Below, in pieces: positions 57,713 to 64,000 of a stretch of 64,000 bases of DNA; within the stretch, counting starts at the first letter, position 1; every line of letters begins with the position of its first letter. Below the pieces are notes generated by a model. That model was not told the DNA's origin, did no database searches, and saw only the letters and a list, made by a program, of their open reading frames with translations. The position numbers were made by a program, and so were the translations under genes. Origin of the DNA: Acidimicrobiia bacterium (lineage in GTDB: Bacteria; Actinomycetota; Acidimicrobiia; Spongiisociales; Spongiisociaceae); assembly GCA_041576165.1 (NCBI GenBank), contig JBFGLM010000018.1, positions 20,549-84,548 of the forward strand, written 5' to 3'.

Positions 57713-58918
57713 CTGCTCTCGCCCATTCTCCCCATACCCGAACCCCTGCGAGGTAACGAGATCGGGACATTTGCACATTCTTCGGTGGCCGTCCGGCTGC
57801 CCGGCATCGCCCGCCGCATGATGGTGGAGAACGACCTGAACCGGGTCCATATCGACGAAGTCGAGCATCTGATCGATGAAATCGGCTCGGGGCACATCAC
57901 CGTGGTGGACGAGCCGGCCGCCCCCGACGCCTCAGCCTGGGCGGCCTACATCGAACCGTATCTCGGCTTGGGATGGTTGGATGCGCCTTGGTTTTTCGTC
58001 GAGACCTATTTCTACCGGCGCCTTTTAGCCGCGGTGGGCTACTCCCGGCGAGGTCCCCGCCGCCTGCTCGACCCGTTCCGGCGGCAAAAAGAAGCGAGCC
58101 TCGGACGATCGATGGGGCTGGCGACGGCCCTGGCGGACCTCAACCACGATCAGGAGCGGTTGATGCACTCGTCATTATGGGCGAACCAGGTCGACCTCAG
58201 CTTGTGGCCGGCCGGCGGCAGTGACCGTGCCGCCGAGACCCGGACCGACGCCGTGACCGGGTCAGACCGGAGCCACAAACTGCTGGCCGACGACACCGAG
58301 GCAACCCTGGCCGCGCTGAACGTACCGGACCCGAGCGTGCACATTGTTCTCGATAACGCCGGCGCCGAGCTAGTCGCCGATCTGGCGCTGGTCGCTGCGC
58401 TCGTCCAGAGCCGCGCCCGGGTGGTGATCCACGCCAAAAGCCATCCGACGTTCGTGTCCGACGCGACGCCGTCCGACGTCACCGCGACGCTGCAGCAGAT
58501 CGAGGTGCTCCAGGGGAAAGCGGCTGCGATGGCTCGTACGGTGGCGAACGCGATCGATAGCGGGGCCGTTCGGCTCACCGCCTCTCCGTTCTGGGTTTCC
58601 CCACTGGCGATGTGGGAGATGCCTCCCCGTTTGGCGGCGGGGTTCCGCGACGCAGCCCTGATCGTCGTCAAGGGCGACGCCAACTACCGCCGGCTGCTCG
58701 GTGATCGTCACTGGCCGTTCGACAGTCCGTTCGGTGACGTGGTCCGCCCTCCCGGTCCGCTGGCAGCACTCCGGACCCTCAAGGCCGAGGTAGCCGCAGG
58801 TATCCCGGCGACCACCATCGAGCGGGTCGCCGCCCAGGATGAGGACTGGATGGTCAACGGCGAGTGGGGCCTGATCCAGCTGGCGCCGCCCGTCCCCACA
58901 ACCGGGGCGGACGGTTGA
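57713..58918 (+). CDS. DUF89/ARMT1-like damage-control phosphatase
   Basis: PWFFVETYFYRR, SLWAN, VLDNAG.EL..D, PTFVSD, KGDANYRRL, RTLK; probable CTG start at 57713 (first canonical start is GTG 57785). Confidence 0.88.
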   Translation: MLSPILPIPEPLRGNEIGTFAHSSVAVRLPGIARRMMVENDLNRVHIDEVEHLIDEIGSGHITVVDEPAAPDASAWAAYIEPYLGLGWLDAPWFFVETYFYRRLLAAVGYSRRGPRRLLDPFRRQKEASLGRSMGLATALADLNHDQERLMHSSLWANQVDLSLWPAGGSDRAAETRTDAVTGSDRSHKLLADDTEATLAALNVPDPSVHIVLDNAGAELVADLALVAALVQSRARVVIHAKSHPTFVSDATPSDVTATLQQIEVLQGKAAAMARTVANAIDSGAVRLTASPFWVSPLAMWEMPPRLAAGFRDAALIVVKGDANYRRLLGDRHWPFDSPFGDVVRPPGPLAALRTLKAEVAAGIPATTIERVAAQDEDWMVNGEWGLIQLAPPVPTTGADG

Positions 58919-58952
58919 CGGCCCCAGCTGGCTGCTGTGTAGATTGACGCCC

Positions 58953-59327
58953 GTGGCAACGTCCGACATCCCTGCGGCGATGCTGGACGCCGCCCGCAAC
59001 ATTTGCCTGTCGTTTCCCGACGCGGTCGAGCAGGAAACATGGGGTCATCCCACCTTCCGGGTGCGGGAAAAGATCTTCGCCACCATCGGCGTTTCGGAAG
59101 AGGACGACAGCGTGACGATGGCAATGAAGGCGCCACCCGGCGAACAAGAGATCCTGCTCGCGACAGGATATCCGTTCTTCTTCCCGATGTACGTGGGTGT
59201 TCGGGGATGGATCGGCGTGTACGTGGATCCAGCTACGGACTGGAGTGAGATCGCCGAACTGGTGGAGGACAGCTACCGGATGACTGCGTCCAAGCGCCAG
59301 ATTGCCCGCCTGGATCAATCAGCCTGA
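58953..59327 (+). CDS. MmcQ/YjbR family DNA-binding protein
   Basis: WGHPTFRV..KIFA, PMYVG.RGWIG, DWSEIAELV.DSYR; TAGATT-N7-GTG. Confidence 0.9.
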   Translation: MATSDIPAAMLDAARNICLSFPDAVEQETWGHPTFRVREKIFATIGVSEEDDSVTMAMKAPPGEQEILLATGYPFFFPMYVGVRGWIGVYVDPATDWSEIAELVEDSYRMTASKRQIARLDQSA

Positions 59328-60613
59328 TGTCCCTGCGGTGGCGAGACGTTGAATCCGAGCCGCGTCCGCATCGGCTCAACGTCGGCGCCTTCGGGCATTT
59401 CCGCCCCATGCGCCATCGACGCGAACCAGCCGGAGTACCTGGATGCCAGCGGCACCGATGTCAGCCCGTGCAGGGCGACGCTGCCCAACACGGTCCAGGT
59501 GATGGTGGCGATGATCGTCTCCGTATGGGGCAGTTCGGCTTCGGCCACCACCGCCAGCCCGAACAAGATCGAAGCAAGCCCCCGCGGGCCGAACCAGCCG
59601 AGAAAGGCTACGGTCGGTCTCTCGAGACCCAGGCCGAGCAGACTCAACGCGACCGGGAGCATGCGAATCACTGTGAGGCTGAGGAGTGCGTAGACGGCAA
59701 GCCGCCAGCTGAGGTCGTCCAAGACCGGCGCAGCCAGCGTCGCGCCGAAGAAGAGAAAGGTGATCAATGCCAGCAGTTGTCCTTCATCCTCGGCAAAGTC
59801 GGCGGCTGCTTCACAGTGGCCGCGAGCAGCGAATCCGAAGGCCACACCGGCTGCAAACGCAGCCACGAACCCGTTGCCACCCAGGATTTCGGCAACCGCG
59901 AACGCCGCGATACCCACAGCCAGAGTTGCCAGCTGGCGCCACGTGCCCTCGGTCCAGCCCCGGCGGGTAGCGACGTCGATGAGGCGACCTCCGGCGGAGC
60001 CCACTGCGGCGCCTGCTACCACCCCGAAACCGATCTGGCGAACGGCGAACAGCACCCAGAAGCCGGGACTCTCGAGGTCGACCTCCACTGCGGCGATCGC
60101 CAGCAGGACGGTGATGACGGGGAGCATGATGCCGTCGTTGAGCCCGCTCTCGACATTGAGCGCCTGGCGGATGCGAACCGGAACCCGAGGATCGCTGACC
60201 ACGGCCTGGCCGAGCGCCGCGTCGGTCGGCGACAGCACCGCCCCCACCAAAGCGGCTTCCCACAGATTGACGCCCGGCAGGACGACCCATGCGAGCACGG
60301 TTCCCAAGAGCAGGGTTAGCGGTAACCCGACGCCGAGCAGGCGAGCCGGCAGCGCCAGCTGGCGGCGGAGACGGGTCAGGTCGATCCGGGTGGCGTCGGT
60401 GAACAGCAGCAGGACGAGCGTCACCTCCGCCAGTACCTCGATTGCGCCTTCGTCGAATTCGCCGCCGAGCACGGCGAAGCCGGCCGAACCCAGGGCTAGC
60501 CCGGTGGCAACGAAGACAAACGGACCCGTGATCGACCACCCATTGAGCCGTTGCGAGAACAGCGCATAGGCCACCACGATCGCCGCGACAACGGCGACCG
60601 ACCCGAACTCCAC
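59315..60613 (-). CDS. CPA1 cation:proton antiporter (NhaP-like)
   Basis: LSPTDAALG, LNVESGLNDG, GWFGPRGLAS. Confidence 0.93.
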   Translation of the reverse strand: MEFGSVAVVAAIVVAYALFSQRLNGWSITGPFVFVATGLALGSAGFAVLGGEFDEGAIEVLAEVTLVLLLFTDATRIDLTRLRRQLALPARLLGVGLPLTLLLGTVLAWVVLPGVNLWEAALVGAVLSPTDAALGQAVVSDPRVPVRIRQALNVESGLNDGIMLPVITVLLAIAAVEVDLESPGFWVLFAVRQIGFGVVAGAAVGSAGGRLIDVATRRGWTEGTWRQLATLAVGIAAFAVAEILGGNGFVAAFAAGVAFGFAARGHCEAAADFAEDEGQLLALITFLFFGATLAAPVLDDLSWRLAVYALLSLTVIRMLPVALSLLGLGLERPTVAFLGWFGPRGLASILFGLAVVAEAELPHTETIIATITWTVLGSVALHGLTSVPLASRYSGWFASMAHGAEMPEGADVEPMRTRLGFNVSPPQGHQAD

Positions 60614-60649
60614 GACGTACCTCCCGGCGGGAGGCTACCGGGCGCGACA

Positions 60650-60673
60650 GCACCCGGGCGGGAACCCGGGTGC
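60650..60673 (-). terminator. Hairpin downstream of the YegP-like gene
   Basis: GCACCCGGG-CGGGAA-CCCGGGTGC. Confidence 0.55.
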
Positions 60674-60694
60674 CGGTGCGTGAATGAGCGGGCG

Positions 60695-60880
60695 TCAGTC
60701 GAGTTCGTCGATCGGGCCCTTGTAGTTGCCCTGAATGAGCTTGGTGACCGTATTCAGCGCGGCCTTCTTTGTCGAGTAGCCCTGACCGCCGTCGGTTGCG
60801 ACGCACTGGCCGTTGCTGGCCTTGACCCGGAAAGCCCACTTGCCGTCTTTCCGTTTGTACACCTCTGCCTTGCCTGCCAT
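60695..60880 (-). CDS. YegP/DUF1508 family protein
   Basis: YKRKDGKWAFRVKASNGQCVATDGGQGYS; GGAGGAG RBS. Confidence 0.88.
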   Translation of the reverse strand: MAGKAEVYKRKDGKWAFRVKASNGQCVATDGGQGYSTKKAALNTVTKLIQGNYKGPIDELD

Positions 60881-61015
60881 GGAGTGCTCCTCCGATCGAG
60901 TTCTGGCTACTTCGGTCCGTTCGCGCGCGCACCTGAGGACTCCCGGCAGCTCCAACCGTTCGGCTCCAGCTGGTTGGGCGGTTCTTCCGGATCGAATGCT
61001 CCTAGGCTGCGGGCC

Positions 61016-62044
61016 GTGTCGACCGGGATCACAGTACCGCCGGGAATCGAAGCGGAACCGCTCTCGAAGTGGCTGGTCGCCCACGTCGAGGAGGTCACCG
61101 CCCCATTCACGTTCGAGCTGATTCCGGGCGGAAACTCGAACCTGACGTACCGGGTCCGTGACGCCACCGGCAGGAGTCTGGCGCTGCGACGTCCACCATT
61201 GGGACACATCTTGGAGAGCGCGCACGACATGACCAGAGAGCACCGGGTGATCTCGGCCCTGCACGGCACGCCGGTCCCGGTGCCGGCACCGTTGGGCGTG
61301 TGCGTAGACCCGGACGTGAACGGAGCCGACTTCTACGTGATGGCCTATGTGGAGGGCGTCGTGCCTCATGATGCCGAAGCGAGTGAGGCCATCCCGCCAT
61401 CCGAACGGAAGGAATTGTCCTCTCACGTCATCGGCATTCTTGCCGAGCTTCACTCGCTGGATCCGGACGAAGTCGGACTGGGCGACCTGGGACGTCGGGA
61501 GGACTATGTGGCGAGACAGCTGCGACGCTGGTCGCAGCAGTGGGAGCAGTCGAAGCAACGTGAGATTCCCGAGATGGACGAGCTTGCTGCCTTGCTACGC
61601 GCCCGCATCCCCGCCCAAGCGCGCACATCGATCGTGCATGGCGATTACCGGCTGGGCAACATGATCACCGCCGATGGCGAAGTGAAGGCCGTCCTGGATT
61701 GGGAGCTTTGTACGCTGGGAGACCCGATGGCCGATCTGGGATACCTGCTCAACAACTGGTTGTCGCCGGACGAGCCGGTGATCTGGCGATCCAGCGCCAC
61801 CCAGGCGGGTGGATTCCTGGAGCGCGATTCGATGATCAGGCGGTATGCAGAGCTGACCGGTGCCGACGTCGGTCACGTCGATTATTACCAAGCCTTCCAG
61901 GGCTGGCGGCTGGCAGCGATCCTCGAAGGCGTGTACGCCCGGTACCTGCACGGAGCGATGGCGTCGACCGAGGGCATAGACCTCGAGGACATGGCCGACG
62001 CAGTCGTCCGGCTCGCCCATGCTGCACTGGAACGGCTCGCCTGA
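61016..62044 (+). CDS. APH/choline-kinase-fold phosphotransferase (ACAD10/11 N-terminal-like)
   Basis: GGNSNLTY, LRRPP, AHDMTREH, VHGDYRLGN, LDWELCTLGDP; TAGGCT-N7-GTG. Confidence 0.92.
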   Translation: MSTGITVPPGIEAEPLSKWLVAHVEEVTAPFTFELIPGGNSNLTYRVRDATGRSLALRRPPLGHILESAHDMTREHRVISALHGTPVPVPAPLGVCVDPDVNGADFYVMAYVEGVVPHDAEASEAIPPSERKELSSHVIGILAELHSLDPDEVGLGDLGRREDYVARQLRRWSQQWEQSKQREIPEMDELAALLRARIPAQARTSIVHGDYRLGNMITADGEVKAVLDWELCTLGDPMADLGYLLNNWLSPDEPVIWRSSATQAGGFLERDSMIRRYAELTGADVGHVDYYQAFQGWRLAAILEGVYARYLHGAMASTEGIDLEDMADAVVRLAHAALERLA

Positions 62045-62075
62045 CCAGCGAAGCGGCCGCGGGAATGAGCCTCTG

Positions 62076-62834
62076 ATGCCGTGGGACCCGAGTCTGTACG
62101 AGCGTTTTGACCAGCAGCGCCACCGCCCGGCGCTCGACCTGCTTGCGCAGGTCGTGACTCCGCCGGCCCGGGTAGTTGATCTCGGGTGCGGCACCGGTGC
62201 GCTGACGGCTGTCATCGCCGAACGCTGGCCCGACGCCGAGCTGTATGGCCTCGACAACTCCCCCGAGATGCTCGAGCGCGCCCGACGGGATCATCCACTG
62301 CTGCAGTTCGAGCATGGCGACATCGAGCATTGGCGCCCGGGCCATCCATTGGACTTGATCTACTCGAACGCCGCGCTGCACTGGCTCGACCGCCATGCTG
62401 AGTTGTTCCCGCGACTCGTCGGCCACCTGACCGCCGGCGGCATCTTGGCTGTGCAAATGCCGCGAAATCATCATCATGCGGCCTACCGGCTGGCGTCAGA
62501 ACTGGCGCTGGCCGGACCCTGGATCCACCGACTGGAGCCGGTCCTGCGGCAGGCTCCCGTCTCGGACCCGGAGTTCTACTACCGGGTGTTGATCCCGCAC
62601 GTGGAGACGATCGATATCTGGGAGACCGAATACCTCCACCGGCTCGAGGGCGACAACCCGGTCGCCACCTGGCTCGAGGGCACCTACCTACAGCCGATCC
62701 TGGCGGCCCTCGGCGACGAAGCTGAGGACTTTCGGGATGAATGGGCCCGACGTGTGGCTGAGGCGCATCCACCGCTCCCCGACGGAACCACTCTCTTCCC
62801 GTTCCGGAGGCTGTTCATCGTCGCCCGGCGCTGA
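62076..62834 (+). CDS. tam: Trans-aconitate 2-methyltransferase
   Basis: WDPSLY.RF...R.RP, VDLGCGTG, SNAALHW, LAVQMP, FPFRRLF. Confidence 0.9.
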   Translation: MPWDPSLYERFDQQRHRPALDLLAQVVTPPARVVDLGCGTGALTAVIAERWPDAELYGLDNSPEMLERARRDHPLLQFEHGDIEHWRPGHPLDLIYSNAALHWLDRHAELFPRLVGHLTAGGILAVQMPRNHHHAAYRLASELALAGPWIHRLEPVLRQAPVSDPEFYYRVLIPHVETIDIWETEYLHRLEGDNPVATWLEGTYLQPILAALGDEAEDFRDEWARRVAEAHPPLPDGTTLFPFRRLFIVARR

Positions 62835-62930
62835 CGGGGCCGTCGGTCCCTGGGGCGCATGACCTCCGGCCCGTGTGCTGTACCTGCCGCATGCTGCATT
62901 GTTCCGGCTGAACCGACGAGAGGCTGCTTC

Positions 62931-64000
62931 GTGCAAGAGAACAACGTATTCGATCGATTCATCCTCGGCTTGATCGCCATGGGTGTCCTGGTGGCGGCGA
63001 TCGGTGTCATCGCCGTTGCCACCCGACCCGCAACCGCCACCGGCAGCGCCGGCGCCGAAGCTGCGCCCTTCACCGCGGTGATCAGCCTCAAGGAGTTCTC
63101 GATCACAGGTGACTTGGTGGTGCCGGCCGGACGGGTGCACCTCGATGTCGTCAACGACGGCAGTGCGGTCCACAACCTGTTCCTGCGCGGTACCGATACC
63201 GGAACGGTCGATCTCGGTCCGGGGGAGCGCCAGGTTCTCGACCTGGGCGTTCTCACTCCGGGGGACATCGAGCTCTTCTGTGCGGTTCCGGGTCACGAGC
63301 AGGCCGGGATGGTTGCCACCCTCACCGTGGCGGAGGCCGGCACCGAGGTAGAACCGGTGGCAGGAGACAGAGACTCGCCGCCGGACTGGGAGGAACTCGA
63401 CCGGGCCATGACGGAATCAATGCTGGCCTTCCCGGCCGAGACCGAGGGCAAGGGCAACGTGGCCCTCGAACCCGTGATCCAGCCCGATGGCACCAAAGAG
63501 TTCGAGATCACCGCGGAAATCACACCGTGGGAGGTCGAACCGGGCATCTTCGTTGACGCCTGGACCTACAACGGCATCGTCCCGGGCCCCCAGATCCGGG
63601 TCGATGTGGGGGACAACGTGCGCGTGATCGTCCACAACCGTCTGCCCATGGGCACCGATGTCCACTGGCACGGGATCGACACTCCCAACAACATGGACGG
63701 CGTCGCCCCCTACACCCAGGACCTCATCAAGTCGGGCGAAGACTTCGTGTATGAGTTCGAGGCGGACGCGCCGGGCATCGGCATGTACCACGCCCACCAT
63801 CACGCCCAGATGCAGGTTCCCAATGGCCTGTTCGCCACCTTCATCATCGGTGATGTTCCGATCCCCCGGGGTCAAACCGTGAGCGGCGTCGAGATCCCGA
63901 ACGATCTCGAGATCGCCCAGGAGATCCCGATGGTGCTCAACGACGCCGGCGTCATCGGATACTCGCTCAACGGCAAGTCCTTCCCGGCCACCGAACCGTA
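62931..64000 (+). CDS. Membrane-anchored multicopper oxidase with N-terminal cupredoxin (partial; runs off the window edge)
   Basis: Not in the ORF track. Manual translation gives a TM anchor; VHNL...FCAVPGHEQAGM; WTYNGIVPGP, DVHWHG, MDGV, MYHAHHH, LNGKSFPATEP. Confidence 0.9.
   Translation, partial: MQENNVFDRFILGLIAMGVLVAAIGVIAVATRPATATGSAGAEAAPFTAVISLKEFSITGDLVVPAGRVHLDVVNDGSAVHNLFLRGTDTGTVDLGPGERQVLDLGVLTPGDIELFCAVPGHEQAGMVATLTVAEAGTEVEPVAGDRDSPPDWEELDRAMTESMLAFPAETEGKGNVALEPVIQPDGTKEFEITAEITPWEVEPGIFVDAWTYNGIVPGPQIRVDVGDNVRVIVHNRLPMGTDVHWHGIDTPNNMDGVAPYTQDLIKSGEDFVYEFEADAPGIGMYHAHHHAQMQVPNGLFATFIIGDVPIPRGQTVSGVEIPNDLEIAQEIPMVLNDAGVIGYSLNGKSFPATEP

Noticed and set aside
1-64000. CRISPR array, cas genes, integrase or prophage genes
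   Set aside because: No regularly spaced repeats or such proteins seen on either strand by manual reading

Overview
High-GC window that looks actinobacterial: it has the conserved FmdB-galU-moeA-moaC-sepX-tRNA-Ala(CGC) block, F420-type enzymes and many apparently leaderless genes. Acidimicrobiia is a plausible class, by inference only. 1-27.8 kb is mostly core metabolism: a heme cluster (hemL partial, hemB, hemD, hemC, hemA, hemF, hemH), a C-C hydrolase-like alpha/beta hydrolase, an ABC-2 exporter, aconitase, a SufR-like regulator divergent from a cysteine-free Mrp/ApbC, uppP, mobA, an Eis-like GNAT, mtnP, plsY, galU, moeA, moaC, a Translin/TRAX-like gene and tRNA-Ala. About 27.8-42 kb is an accessory region: a decayed RHH-Doc toxin-antitoxin pair, IS481/IS701 remnants, a truncated TetR, and four large secreted or lipoprotein genes. 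These include one with an EPN/WND C-type lectin insert, one with two ice-binding-like DUF3494 solenoids, and a duplicated ~570-aa Asp-box domain. 42-64 kb holds a P4-less SAM-I riboswitch upstream of osmC and a flavin monooxygenase-like gene, a YeeE/YedE pair, an ADH, a WYL regulator, PepSY with a two-component system, a Zur-boxed Azt/Znu zinc ABC system, DUF89, an NhaP antiporter, an APH kinase, tam and a partial cupredoxin-fused multicopper oxidase. The best candidates for new biology are the bacterial Translin next to a CCA-less tRNA, the hemF plus Cys-motif hemH protoporphyrin-type pathway in an actinobacterium, the duplicated secreted/lipoprotein pair, and the SAM-riboswitch-led redox/sulfur operon. 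All calls come from manual motif recognition. No database searches were run.
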